Shown piece after piece: positions 1-13,157 of a stretch of 64,000 bases of DNA; positions within the stretch are counted from its first letter, which is position 1, and each line of letters opens with the position of its first letter. This stretch comes from Podarcis melisellensis (Eukaryota). The notes under the pieces are model-generated. The model saw only the letters and a program-made list of their open reading frames with translations. It made no database searches and was not told the origin of the DNA. Location of the stretch: assembly GCA_964234715.1 (NCBI GenBank), contig OZ174290.1; one strand, 5' to 3'. Made by a program: the position numbers and the translations under genes.

Positions 1-239
1 TACAGAACGTGACGACGCCTTACATATTATGTATATATAGGACGATATAAAAACACTAAAGTAAAATATCCCCCCGACGCTGCCCTTTCCACCCCCCGCA
101 AAGGGAGTTTTCAAAAGAGTGTGCCAAATGATAGCCGAAACAGAAGCTCGCTCTTTTTTTGTTTTGTCTTTTCCAAAAGAGCACAGAAGCCTTCTGCGTC
201 CCGAACAAAGCACGCCTGCACGAATGCAGGAACACTATA

Positions 240-245
240 TTTATT
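240..245 (-). terminator. Candidate distal polyadenylation signal (AATAAA)
   Basis: Plus strand tttatt at the end of a UTR-like block (minus: gacctAATAAAtatagtg). Confidence 0.55.
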
Positions 246-2126
246 AGGTCAATTATCCATTTTTTAGCAATACAATTACAGAATTATCACAATGTTGGTT
301 ACAAACATACTCAGTATGGGTTTTGATGGTTACAAAGAATAAAAGTCGGGCACTGCAGTCTTGGTGCGAATGTTGGAATACAAAAAAGAAAAGGGGGGGG
401 GGGACATGGGAAAGGGTGGCACAAGAGTGGAGGAGGATGAGCGTCCGAAAGTGATCAAGATGCTTTCATATAAATAACCGTGGCACAAAAAGAGAGAGAG
501 GAAAGAGGGGTTCAGATTCAGAGCCGCCGGGAGGTGCGCTTGCTCCAATTTTAGTAGCTTTTGTTTCCAATGTACAGTGATATATGTATACATATATATA
601 TGTATATACATGTATTTTTAATCCCTTGTTAAGTTCCACTGAATCAGTAAAAAAAAAATCCACAACACATATATTAGTACTGAACTCGGTAATAGTCAAG
701 GGGGGAAAATGTAAAAGTTTGTTCACCTCCGAGGAGTTAACTCTAAAAAAATTATCTCTCTCTTTTCTGTTTAAATATTATTATTTTAAAAAAATCATGG
801 CAACATAGCTTCCTATAAAGGAATATACACAGAAAGGAAAGCAGATGGAAGATTTAAGAGTTACACGTATGGTACCTGTGACAGTTAAAAGTGATCCAAC
901 ACTGAAAAAAACCTGTGTGCCAAACACCAAGTTTCTAGATATCTCTATATATTTATATAGTATATATATTTTCCCCATCTTTATTTTTTTATTTTAGAGT
1001 TTTTGAAACAAAACAAAATATGCACTTGGAAAAACAACTTCCTAAGGCCTCTCCAAGCTATAAGTTGCTTAGGATTGCAATGAAAGTATTTGCTAATGAG
1101 AACTTGGAAAGCAAACGGCGATATATATTTCTCACGGGACAAGGAAGAAGCCGGTTTCACTGCCTAAAACATACCTGAGTTTGGGGAAGGGGGGGGGGCA
1201 AACACCGCCAGAGCTCTGCCGAAAAGGAATTGCGCAAGCGTTCTCTTGCTACATGGAAATTTTTTCTTCCTTCCTTCCCTCCCCACCTTCTCAACACAAC
1301 ATCATCAACAAAAAACCACACACCTAGCAAAGGAATTTCCCCCCAAAAGGCCAAAAGGTGAAAATGTGCAACAGGCTAAACCTGTGTCAAAGACACAAAA
1401 AAGCAACTGAATTAAGAAGAAAAATAAATCCCAAAAGGAGGACAGATATTTCGAATCGCAGTAATAGCACTTTGATCCAGCAAGGGTTGGGTGGCGAAGG
1501 AACATTATCGGGCCCCTTCAAACCCAACCCGATGGTAGATTCCAGAACAAAATGGCACCATGTGGATCCAATGAGGAGCTGTGCTGAGAAATGAGTTTTC
1601 TACCACGCATGTGGCCAAGTGGCTCCACTGGGTGGGTGTGTGCTGCGTCTTTAATCCTATTTTGGGGCAGTTTTGCCTTTCCTTACAACTGTAAGAACAA
1701 GCCTTTTTCTATCAATATTGTTATCTTTCTTAAAAGTGGTAGGTGGGATGGAGGGGAGGGGAGAAGGAAGGCCATCATTACAAAACGTAAAGTTATTAAT
1801 AGTGTAAAACATCTGCCGAGGCAACCAGATCAATGAACTTCCAAAGAGCAACTGTTGCTATCAAGCAGTCCAAGCTGGTCATTGGTTAACTTTAGCCAAC
1901 ATCTTCAGAAGTGGGTTTTAGGCTCGACACATGGCTAAAAGGATGGAGAGAAACAGACCCTTTCCCCCCATCTCCTTCTCCTGCACTGCTAGAAGCAACC
2001 ATGCAACAGCAACTTCATTAAGCCAGCATCAGAGAGCAGCATCTCACCGCGTTATGGGGTTACAGAAGGCGGCAAAGGTTCATCCCATTTCACAAGTCCC
2101 TGTAATTTCAGCGGGAAAGACTAAAG

Positions 2127-2262
2127 CAGGCACCCCCAACTTGAGGCCTTCCAGATGTTTTGGCCTACAACTCCCATGATCCCTAGCTAACAGGACCAGT
2201 GGTCAGGGATGATGGGAATTGTAGTCCAAAATATCTGGAGGGCCAAAGGTTGGGCATGCCTG
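2127..2262. mobile_element. hAT-type MITE in the APPBP2 3' UTR region
   Basis: TIRs caggca...tgcctg; internal palindrome; perfect 8-bp TSD gactaaag. Confidence 0.85.
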
Positions 2263-5200
2263 GACTAAAGCAAGTATTCAGTGTTCTTGTAGAAAACTGA
2301 TGGGACTTAAAAACATGGGCTTGTCGTCTATAAATCTCTCCCACCTAAATCTCAATGGGACTTGGGAGCACGTAGCTTTTGAGTGGATTGTGTCTGATGC
2401 TTATAGGCCAGTGACAGCTTCCCAAGCCTCAAATAACTGGCTTCTCTACAAGCAAGACCAGCTTCAGTTGCTTCCAAGCAAGGTACTTGCTCTGCCGTTA
2501 AGCGGTTGGAGAATCCTAAGAGACAGATAAGTCAATGGTTAGCCAGATTTGCTGCCTTGTGTTGAAGTGGACCAAGGGCTGGGAGGGGACTGTCCTTCCA
2601 TGACAACTTGACTATTGGGCTGGGTGGTCAAGTCCATTTAAAAACGCCTCTGCTATTCCTTTCGTCCCAACCACTCCAATCTGTTTTAAAAACGAAACCT
2701 GAATTTGCAAGGGTAGGGGAAAGACACATATTTAAAAAACTGGAAGAGGATGGAAACTGTGAGGATTCTCCCAAGACTCATTCATTCTTTTAAAACGGCT
2801 TTGTTTCAAGGGCTTCCTGGAAAAATAACAACAAAATAATAATCCATTTCTTAAACGCCGAAGTACACTCCCGTGGAGAAAGTTGCTCAAGAGGCAGGGA
2901 GAAGGCAGATTTGTAATATTGAAATGATAGGTTTGTTTTGCGGTGTGATTGTTTGGGGAGAAAGGAAGACTCAATCTGTTTCTAGTGAGCTTATTACCTA
3001 GTATTGTGGGGGGAAACAGAGTTGAGAACTCCCTTCTCTTTCTCATGCACAGGAGTGGGATCCCCTAGTGCTGTACATGAAAAATGTGGCCTAGTATATA
3101 ATGTGAGCACTATTACTAAAATAAAATACTCTTTCAGAAATCAACACCTTGCTTTTAAAATGCCAGCCCCCCCAGCCCCCAGAAAATCAGCAGGAGCTTC
3201 AAAGGAAGGGAAAACTCAACATAAATCTAGAGAGGCACATGGTAGCCTTTGCACATGAACCTGGCACAGAAAATTAAACCCATTTCAAAGGAAATTGTTA
3301 AAAAAAACACCTCACACAGACACTTCCAATTCTGTCTCCCCTTTTTAGCAGGCTAGAGGATCTGGCTTTGTAAATGCTATATATTTAAAGCACGCGGCTT
3401 TCTCCAAAAAATTCCTGGGGGCTGTAGTCTACCTCTCAAAGAGCTACAAAAGTTCCAGGGTGCTTAAGAAACTACAGTTCCCATGATTTTTGTTTGTGCG
3501 CAATCTTTAAATTAGTACCTATCATGTGGTTCTTTTTACCTCTGACTCCCAAAGGTTTTTCTTCAAAAGGTCTCTGCTCAAGAGCACAAACCTCAAGAGA
3601 ATTCCAGATTTCCCAAGGTTTTAGTCTCATTTTTATTTTTAAAAAGAACCTTCTAAAAATTCAAAGAGCAGAAATTGAAAATATCTTCCGGGTTTGTCCA
3701 GACATCAACCTTGGTTACACTTACACAACCAACCGAGGACCACTGTTAACATTCACTCATTAAAAGTTAGCACATTCCCAGTGGAAAGGGGGTATTCCTA
3801 AGGTACCATTTTTGTTGGCTTCCAAGGTCCTAAGAATTGCAAATAGCAGAGATGTGGAAGCATGGCTCATATGCAACACAGTCAAACCCTGTGTGCTAAG
3901 GAAATTGGGTAGCAACAACCAGCTCGGAGACTATCCTGACAGGCAGAAGCGATCTAGATTCTTCTAAAAGATTCGAGGCAAACACTTCCCATTGTCTTCA
4001 CTTGGGAAAGAAAAGGGGGAAAAAGAGCATTTCAACTAAACCTTTCGTTGTGCGAACTTGGAAAGACCTGGCAAGTCTAAACAACCCTCCGTCACAAATA
4101 CACACACAAATAAAAGCACCTCGCTTCTTTCCAACATGCAATTAATTGGACATATCCCAGAATGCAGCCAACATGATTTAGACTGGATTGAGGGCGAGGA
4201 GAGGGGGAAGAGGAAAGAAGACTATTTTTTTTAACAAAACCAATAACCCATCCATGGTGGTACCTGGCCTAAAGCATGGGAGGCGGAATAAATGGGGGGT
4301 TGAAATGCTCAGGAACAACAACTGTAGATAAAAGATAGTGATGTCAAATTGGTGGAAGGGGTTCAACACGGAGGAGCCTTTTCCTTCCTCTGAAAGATCA
4401 TTTGCAAGCAAGAACCAAGGAGGAACATGCAGGAGAAAATGAGAAAATGAAAGAACTCTGGACTGAACTGCTTCAGGACCGCACTTGGGAGTTGCCCCTT
4501 TTCAATGCTCCCATTTGTTATAATCTTGAAATACAAGCGCCCACCCCACCCCCACCAATTAAGCAGCAAGTATACTAGGTATCAAGGCTCAGCCTACGCT
4601 GGAGTAATCCCACAGAAGATAATGAGGCTATGCCAGTACTTGCAAGAGAGGAATTCCCTTGAAACCTTGTCTTGAACAAGGTTTAAGGGCTCGTTTTAAT
4701 ACCAAAGGTGGCCTGTAATTATTATTTAAGTCAGCAAGCTTTGCTGGTTTGTATAGTAAGTTACAGCAATCCAATTTATTTATTTGTTTTTGCTCTCTGA
4801 GGCAATATAATTGGCATTGTTGTATTAATGGTAGTGTTTTGCAACTTTGGACTTTTCTTTTTTTACTTTCGTCTAGAATGGCAACAGATGTGCTGCAACT
4901 TTAGCAATTGGATTAAAGCCTTTGACTCCCAACAACCAATCTATTCTGATGTTTGGTTTATAGCAGCTAAACTGTGGCCGTTGAGATTGGCAAGTGCCAA
5001 CCTGGTGCCTCCCCCAATGTCTTGGACTCCAACTACCATCAGGCTTGTGAAGACTGAAGGAAGTTGCTAATCTGGCAGCACATGGAGGGGCTCACGTTAG
5101 CCCACCCCAGTTCGACACTCAAGCTGTCAGTCAAAAGCAACTTTTAATGGGCACTTACTGGGAAGCCAGCCTGCTGAAGATCTGACATCTGCAGCATTGG

Positions 5201-7169
5201 GTATCTATGGGGATTACAGTTGCAAAGTTTTATTCTGAGGGACACTTCTGCTAGAAAAAAGTTTTTTACATGGTGGGTGGGGAAATGGCATTTTTATTTC
5301 AGAATACTTGTCCAGCTCACGGAGACTTGTGGTTCAGAAATACACCCGGAAAAGCACCACGAAGGGAGGCTGATTGTGGGCCTGCAGCAATAATCCAGGA
5401 AGGTCTTCCTACCATGTGTGGTTCTGGTGTCAGAACAAGAGATGCTAAAGCCACAGCTCCAAAAATCAACACCTTTTGTTTCAAGCAGGGTGTTGACGAG
5501 ATACCCCACCCACCATGCACAGGGAAGGAAGTATCTTTTAAAAAGGCACTATTATATATATATTTTAAAAACAACCCAAAACTATCAGCCTGCAATATTC
5601 CAGGTTAAAAGCCAAACACTATTGCTATTAAATGAGGAACTCTCAGCAATTTCCAAAGCCACCGACCACTAACTGTTGATGCACCCTTTTGACGACAGAT
5701 TGGCCCCCCTTGCCTTCCACCCCCCACCCAAAAACCTCACAAATTAAAGGGAGGAAATGAATGAAACTCATTCCAAACACTAGAGAGGCTTTTTCTCTCT
5801 CTCCTGCTTTTCCCTGGGCAACTTATAAACCCCCTGAAAATAGAGGAGAACACCTGACAAAACCCTTAACCACAGAGACACTGCCTGCATCTCTGCGTTA
5901 AGAAGTGAGGTAAATAGGAACTCTCCCCCTCCTTCCTTTCCAACCTAGCTCACTATATGCTACATAGGTTCTTTCAAAGTTCATTTACTACCTCGGTGTT
6001 TAAAAGATGGTACAATTAAAAGAAAAACCCACAAACCACACATATACCCCGAAATTAAGACAAGCTAGTGAGACAGGCATAGTTATTTTTTTTTGTTTTG
6101 CTTTTTAAAAAACATATTATGACAGACATTAAAAATATATATATAAAAAGAACTGAGTTCTGGCTGTTTTTGTTTAACGTAAAAAAAAAATGACGAAGCT
6201 GAGAGAGAAAGGAAGAAAGACAGACCTGTTGTGCTTATTCTTTTTTTTTTTTGGCATTATCCATTGACCCCTGCAAGCTGTACAATAAAAAAAAAAGATC
6301 ATCTGCAGATATTAAAACAAAACCAGATTTTTTTTCCCTTAATGACGACGACCAATCTAATTAGCACAAGCAAGTTATAGCCTCGAGAGAGAGCCAGTTT
6401 CAAAGGCAGGGGAAAGGGGAAGGAATAGCATTTGCTATGCTTTGCTTACGGTGCTAAACATCTAGTTTACCTGTGTAAACTTAGTATTTTAAAAAGACAT
6501 GCCTTTGAAACCGCCGAAGAACGTTGAAGCTCCTAGCTTTGTTATCTAGTACATGTATGTATATAAAGTCTCCATTCATCACTTGAAAATACACCCCTTC
6601 GTGAAATAATCCTACCGAGTTTAAAAAAGCAAATGTAAAAGGGCAGAAATTGTGACTTGAAAGCCATTGGTCCGAGACTCTTTTCCTAAGGACGGGCTGG
6701 TCCACTTGAAATCTCCCGGTCCTATTACAGAAAACTCTTTTGCCCTGCACGGAAAACAAAAACACAATGAAATAAACCAAGAAAGCTGAGAGACTAAAAT
6801 ATTCTGCCAGTGGTTACCACTTTCAGGTGAACACTGGTCTTTTTTGGGTGCTCTTTGAAAGTGCAAACGGTGGTTCAGATGGAGGCAGAGCAACCAAGCA
6901 TCACTTCCCAGGAGGAAATTCTTCGCCATGTCTCTTCGTAAGGCAGCAGAAAGCAAGAAGCGAAGATTTCCCCCACCCCTTTTCTTTTTTTCCGTGTGTG
7001 TATGAATATCTGTGGTTACTTTTTTCAACAATCGAATAAGTTTTTTCCTTGTTTTTACACTGTATAGCAAGAATAATCATATGGTCGTATAGGACTTCAG
7101 ACTTGTCACAAGCACTGGTCAGTGGGCACCCTCCTTATCCACCAATTAATAATGCAACTCTCAGAATGG

Positions 7170-7184
7170 TTTAATGGCTTTATT
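7170..7184 (-). terminator. Candidate proximal poly(A) signals (AATAAA + ATTAAA)
   Basis: Minus strand reads gcAATAAAgccATTAAAcc, ~480 nt after the stop. Confidence 0.45.
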
Positions 7185-7659
7185 GCTCTCTTTCCATTCT
7201 CGCAGAGATTTCGTGTAAAGTAGCTTCGCTTGGACAAAAAATAAAAAATAAGAGAACATCGTTAGGGGTGTTTATGGGTTTTTTCTTTCTTTTCTTCCTT
7301 TATATATATATTTATATATATGTATATGTATCTCTTTCTCTCTCTCTCTCAAGTTGAAAACGTGAGCCAAAACAAAACATGCCGTACTCATGCTGGTAAG
7401 AATTTTAGCACACATTCGTCTGTTGTGGTCACTCCATTCAAAGGTGAGATTCCTCCCCTCCCCGAGAAAACAGGGGATTTCTAATGGACTGGACCAGTGT
7501 TTCAATGCAATTGCAGCCCCCTCAGAGAGAGAGAGAAAAACACACACAAAAAACTACATGGTTTCAAATTTCACAGTATGACTTTTCCCATGTAAATTTG
7601 GGGAGGAGGGAACAGAAGAAGGGGGGAAAAATAGTTGTTGGTAAAATTGACCAAGGTCC

Positions 7660-7913
7660 TTAGCAAATCTGTCCTTCGGCGGTCTGAGACATCAGGAAAG
7701 ACTGGACAACTTCTTCAGTGGATTGCAGGCTGGTGCTCACGTCCTCCAGGGCGTCTGTCACTGAAAACTGCCGATCCCGCAACCGGTTCCAGTTGGCCAA
7801 AATGTTGTGGTACTCAAAGACCTTCTCGTAATTGCCAATGGAATTGTACAGTTTAATGAGGCCCCTGTAGTCATATTCTAGTCCACTGTAACCTTCCCCA
7901 AAAAGCTTCTTCC
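7660..7913 (-). CDS. APPBP2: APPBP2 exon 13, coding part to TAA stop
   Basis: Hand-translated KKLFGEGYSGLEYDYRGLIKLYNSIGNYEKVFEYHNILANWNRLRDRQFSVTDALEDVSTSLQSTEEVVQSFLMSQTAEGQIC*; ttttag| acceptor; TAA at 7662-7660; the 13 exons sum to 1761 nt in frame. Confidence 0.96.
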
Positions 7914-8317
7914 CTAAAAATAAACAAAATGTGAAGGAGAATTAATGCTGTATGCTTTTCAGTGTTGCCTAATAGAGAAGCCTGCTCTTTTTATTTTATT
8001 AAGTAAAAATCCGATACCTTTCAGCTGGAGTACATTTTACCATGTTCTCCGATCTGGAGTGGGGAAACTGTGTCTTCCCCCTCCTCTCCAGATGTTGCCT
8101 GACTACAAGTCCCACCCTCCCTGACCACTAGGCATGCTAGCTGGGGCTGATGGCAGGCAACGTCCAGCAGCATATCAAGAGCCACAGGTTCCCCATCCCC
8201 GGCCTAAAGGAACAGAGAAGGCATTGCTATTTATACTGGTTCCCGCATGCCCTCGAAAATAAAATCTTGAGTGTGTGGTATCCCCACCACCTCAAATAGA
8301 CCTGGAAGAAGGAACTA

Positions 8318-8533
8318 CAGTCATACCTCATGTTGCATCTGCTTCAAGTTATGTCTTTTCAAGTTATGTCCTGTGGCAACCCGGAAATACCGGAAAGGTT
8401 ACTTCCGGGTTTCGCCGCTTGCGCAGAAGTGCTAAATCGCGCCGTGCGCATGCGCAACACTTCTGGATGCGAACGCTTTGAGTTGCAGACGTGCCTCTGG
8501 GATGGATTACATCCACAACTCAAGGTTCCACAG
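8318..8533. mobile_element. Tc1/mariner-type MITE (family A, copy 1)
   Basis: TA|cagtcatacctc ... aaggttccacag|TA; related copy at 25424-25569. Confidence 0.75.
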
Positions 8534-8928
8534 TATTTATGATTAAACCAACCAAGATTGGTGGAGAAGGGACAGCATGTGCTCCCTTCAAACATCTTCC
8601 CCCAAACCATGTCCAGCATGTTGGACCTCATCACCAGCTAAAACGAAGCACAATTATTTGCTCACAGGCCTCCGCTATTGCCCTAGGTCCTTTACGTTGG
8701 GATGGATCCAAATCCTGTGTGCACAGAAAGCCACCTGTCTTTCCCGCCCCCTCTGCAAGAAGCTTCTCTGGAAGTCTGGGAGACACACCTGAAAAGCACT
8801 GGTTAGGCAGCAGGGGGCTCTGGTGGGAGAGCATTCTTGTTTCCAGGGGAAAGAGAACCTCACCAACAACCCCCCCCCCAGACAACATCACTGTATATGC
8901 ATGCTTAGGCTCAAAAGTGTTTACACAC

Positions 8929-9094
8929 CAATTGCTATGGATCTCAAATAAAGCTTTTCGGCGTTTTCGTACTGATTCATGTCGTAGTTGTAGAGCGAGG
9001 CAAGGTGTCCCACGGAAAGAGCAACTTCGTAATCTTCTTGGCCGAGAAGCTGCTCCTTGATCTGGATCGCTTTGATGTGCATCTCTTCCGCTTC
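8929..9094 (-). CDS. APPBP2: APPBP2 exon 12 (TPR region)
   Basis: EAEEMHIKAIQIKEQLLGQEDYEVALSVGHLASLYNYDMNQYENAEKLYLRSIAI(G); ttccag| and |gtgtgt; 166 nt. Confidence 0.97.
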
Positions 9095-9225
9095 CTGGAA
9101 CACGCCCACAAAATTAAGACAAGGGTGAATTGCCGGTCTTTTACTAGATGATTGTCAAGAGAGCCAGAGATACAGTTCAAGGAAGACATGTCAATAATAT
9201 TTGCTCCCCGCCCCCAAATAATTAC

Positions 9226-9416
9226 CTTAAATTTCCTCATGGACTGGTAAAGCCTGCCAAGGTTACCATAGTGTTTTGCCGTCTGCACATTGAACTCCCC
9301 AAAGGCTTTCTTGGCAAGCTGGAGCGAAGACAGGTGTAAGTCGTGGGCTTCCTGGAGTAGCCTTTGTTCTGTCTCCTTATTGTGACAGTCAATTGCAATC
9401 TCCTCCAAGATCAGTG
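9226..9416 (-). CDS. APPBP2: APPBP2 exon 11 (TPR region)
   Basis: ALILEEIAIDCHNKETEQRLLQEAHDLHLSSLQLAKKAFGEFNVQTAKHYGNLGRLYQSMRKFK; acceptor tgcAAG|, donor |gtaatt; 191 nt. Confidence 0.96.
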
Positions 9417-9795
9417 CTTGCACAGGAAAGGGGGGAGGAAAGAGACACATTAGAAGACCCAACACCATTAAAGGCGTCAGCTAGGACTCCGAGGAAGTGA
9501 ATGCTGACCTCTGCATTATCTGAAAAGTCCTTCAGCTCAACTCTAGCCCTTTCCCAACTCCAATTATTGGGCCGCTTTGAAGGTGTACGCAAAGCTCAAA
9601 CACATCAGCCACTTAGAGCTGAGCCTGCCTTTAGGAAGAGTGAGGCATGGGCCTCAGGTGGAAGATGCTGGACACGGTGGAGGGAGGCACTGTTTTCCCA
9701 CACATTTCCTTCCCTGCCTGTCCTTGACATTTGCTACAGTACCAGCAGTTATTTCTGCTCCCTAAGCGCCACAGCTAAAAGCAGCATGGAGGTAC

Positions 9796-9881
9796 CTTTA
9801 ACTCTTTTGGAGGAGGCAAGGAGAAGGTGGTCTTCTGGGAGAATGTGGGTTATGATGCCAATCGCACGCTCCGCATGGAAT
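9796..9881 (-). CDS. APPBP2: APPBP2 exon 10
   Basis: Hand-translated FHAERAIGIITHILPEDHLLLASSKRVK; ccttag| and |gtacct; 86 nt. Confidence 0.96.
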
Positions 9882-10553
9882 CTAAGGGCAAGAGCAAACA
9901 GGCACACATGAGGGGGAAATCTCTTGGAAAGTTACTGAGTAGTCAACACAGAAACAGCAAGTTCCCAGAAGGGCCATCTAAATCATGCATAGAGGGCTTT
10001 GTGGGACTTGCATTAGCATACCGTGGGTTTTGGTAGACACTGGGCAGCTGTTTAGCACATGCTAAGAACACGGGGGGAGGAACAGGATGAAAAAGACTTA
10101 TGTGAGAGATTCTGGTATGTTTGCAAGACATCTTGGGAAAAGGCACAACTTTCACCTTAGAAACAAAGACTGCATTTGTCTGCCTCGTGGTAAGGAGATG
10201 GGAGGAAATTCTCCTCCTGGCAAGGAAATAATTTTTTCTCTCCGTCTCCCATACTCTCTTCAAGATCATCCAACAAACCTAACTGGCAAGTTTAGGGTGG
10301 GGGGCAAAGTCTTCTTTGCACAACATGTAAACGCGCAACTCAGCTCATATTTAAGAACTACATTGGCTGCCAGAGGTCACTAGGAATTCTACGTAAGCGA
10401 GAGAGGGGGCACCTGGAAGCATATTTTTTACTAGCCTGCTAAGAGACTAGCAGCTTCCATGTCCAAGTTAGTAGTTTATTTGCAAGGCTGTCATGACCAC
10501 ATTTTTAAAATAAGGGTGGGGGACGACAACAAAATGTTGCAGTACCAACTTTT

Positions 10554-10606
10554 TTGTAAGTAAATAAATGCATGCTTATTGTAAGTAAATAAATGCATGC
10601 TTATTG
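10554..10606. repeat. 25-bp perfect tandem duplication
   Basis: ttgtaagtaaataaatgcatgctta x2. Confidence 0.9.
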
Positions 10607-11173
10607 CTGCAGATTATCAATACCAACTCAGCATCATGGAAAGAGTAGAATACAGTCCAGATACTTTTAACAAGGCCAAGGGGGAGGAACAGTAAGAAGC
10701 ACAGGATCAGGTGCTCAAGATGCAGTGGTGATGGCCTCCCACTTCAATGGCATTAAAAGAGAGATTAGACAAATTCACAGAGCCTAGGGCAACCAATGGC
10801 TGCTAGCCATGATGGCTATCTACTATCTCCAGTATTAGAACACTGATATTTTTTTAAACACATTCATATACCATTTAACTGTAAATAAACCCTCAAAGTG
10901 TTTTACAGAGAATATAAAACACACGTTGACATTCCTAGCACAGCAGCCCAGGTGGCTCCAAATGTTCTCCAAACAACAGCAGCAACCACAAAAAGCTTTG
11001 CCAGCAACAAAGGGGATGGACTTGACTTGCAATCTCTCCCAAGTGAGGTCTGAAGTGGTACAGGGCCAGCAAGACTATACCACATGCTTTTAAACATTTG
11101 AATATATATATATATTTTACATTACGCAAGAAGAAAACCTTTGGGTCCAAAAAAGTGTAAACAGAGTACTCAC

Positions 11174-11298
11174 AGTGCATTGTCAAACTTCCCAGAACTG
11201 TACTGGTGAACGTAGGAAGAGTAAGCCAGGTCTTCGTGAGCTGTTGCGACATGGATGTTTTTGCCCCCAAATACTGACTGCCTGATGTCTAGCGCGGT
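11174..11298 (-). CDS. APPBP2: APPBP2 exon 9
   Basis: Hand-translated TALDIRQSVFGGKNIHVATAHEDLAYSSYVHQYSSGKFDNA(L); tttcag| and |gtgagt; 125 nt. Confidence 0.96.
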
Positions 11299-12558
11299 CT
11301 GAAACAATTTGAGTGAGAGACAATATTCAAGTCAGCTAAATTAGCTAGGATCCGGAAGCTGCCATAGACATTTTTTAAAGCATGGCTTGTGTGGGACAGA
11401 AGAAGCATTATTTGAAGTAGTATCTCACACAGCTGTCGACACAAGTCGCCAATGGGTAAAATCTAACTGGAAACATCATGATGATGAGGATTTGTCTTTA
11501 TCTTAGGACCACCAGGCTTTTGCAAATGAGGCTGGGCTCGCAGGGAGCCTGAGCTGCTGCGTTCTTCTTGGGCAACCTGCATCTGGAGGGCAGCTGAGAA
11601 GGACGGGGTGGCTCACAACACCCTGCACACACCCCCCCAATTGTGCCTGAGCAATGGCCCTCTCTGGTAGCATATACCGTAAGTCATAAACTTATTATTT
11701 TTGTTATAAAGATCATCTGTCTGCCTAGACATACTTTCACAAAGCCCACATCTTGGAATAAACCAGAGGGACCATATGGCCATGGGCTTCTTTGTTTGTA
11801 AATAAAATAATGTTGTGCCATAATGCAAAAGAATGGTTTCTTGCAGTATGTCCGCCTAGTACTTTCAACTCATGGAAAATTGTTTCTAGAAGAGCAATTT
11901 GCCAGGCTTTTTGAATACCAGCAATCTAAGTTGTCTAAATCAAATGTCTTCTAGAACTGTGCTAGTTGCTCTTGCTGCTGTTAATAGGTGTCAAATGAGT
12001 TCTTTATCTCTTTTTTAGATCTCTATCCACATCTACATATAGATCTAAATGAGCCAGGTAGGGGGAGGGAGTGATGCTCGGTCTTGTTATTAAAGAAATC
12101 TCAATTTTAGGGCACTCCCAGCAATTTCAATAATAAAACTTGTGCCCAAAAACCACTGGGAGGGAAGCAAATCCTTTTTAGTTCTCCACCCACAACACTC
12201 TGGACCTCTTTTTCGGGTTTCTTACCAAGGGATACTGCTATTTTTTCCTTCTACTATTTTCATAAAATTGCCCATAAAACACTAGAGGAGATTAAGTGAA
12301 TCCTCTTTTAACCGCCCCAAACTGCAAAGGTTGTTCTTCCAGGAAGATCACTACAGCTTTCCTTCTGAAGTCTGGCAGGATTAATCCGCTACCATGGGGC
12401 TACCACGCCTGCAAATTTTATCTGCTTTGGTGAGAAAAGTAAGTACGGTAACAAAACTTCACCTGCAGTAAAGAATTCTGAGCAGAAACAAACACACACA
12501 TGAACAAAACCACTTAATAGAATCCCAAAGGCATCACAGACGCAGCAAAGGACCTTAC

Positions 12559-12664
12559 CTGATAAATTGCAACCGACTGGCATATATTGTCTACGTTGAG
12601 TAAGTAAAACCCATAGTCTAGTAGGGTGTCTGAATATTTTGGGTGTTTGGCTCCAAAGTGCTCC
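12559..12664 (-). CDS. APPBP2: APPBP2 exon 8
   Basis: Hand-translated EHFGAKHPKYSDTLLDYGFYLLNVDNICQSVAIYQ; ttccag| and |gtaagg; 106 nt; preceded by a 79-nt intron. Confidence 0.96.
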
Positions 12665-12743
12665 CTGGAAGGTAGGAACACAACTTAGAACCACAAACAA
12701 GATGCAGCAGGCAGTAACATTTGGAAACAGGGCATATACTCAC

Positions 12744-12811
12744 CGTGCAAGATATACCGCATGTTTTATTAACTGTTCGGCTTTCTTAAATTCACGTTTT
12801 ACAACACAAGC
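12744..12811 (-). CDS. APPBP2: APPBP2 exon 7
   Basis: Hand-translated ACVVKREFKKAEQLIKHAVYLA(R); gcttag| and |gtgagt; 68 nt; not in the ORF track. Confidence 0.96.
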
Positions 12812-13157
12812 CTAAGCAAAGAGGAAGAGAAAGCAGGCATGAGAGACCATGATTATGCAAAGGCATTCTTGCCTGCCTATGGGCAGCCACTGTTCAAGAA
12901 TGGCCATCGACTCTGCTAAACTGAGTGGAAAGCCTGCCCCATTAAAAAGGGGGAAGACAGAGCAATGAATTGTCAGGAAAAGCATAAAGGTCAACACGTC
13001 TGAAATGCTGCTTTTGGAATTCATTTGTTGATTTTTCTCTTTTAGGGCTGATTCTAAACAGTACTATATGCTGCCCACTTTCCTCTGCAAGAAACATGGA
13101 ATGGATTCCATCCCTGCTCAGCTGCATGCAGGCTATTTGTAGAAAAGTTAGATTTAC

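Larger units (their letters stand above)
220..7659 (-). other. APPBP2: Probable long APPBP2 3' UTR
   Basis: Follows the stop codon; U-rich/UGUA-rich blocks on - strand at ~250-1150 and ~5900-7600; low TE density compared with the introns; distal AATAAA at 245-240. Confidence 0.6.

Noticed and set aside
8491-9911. Long ORFs at 8491-9060, 8977-9468 and 9501-9911 as separate genes
   Set aside because: Antisense frames or intron read-through of APPBP2 exons 10-12
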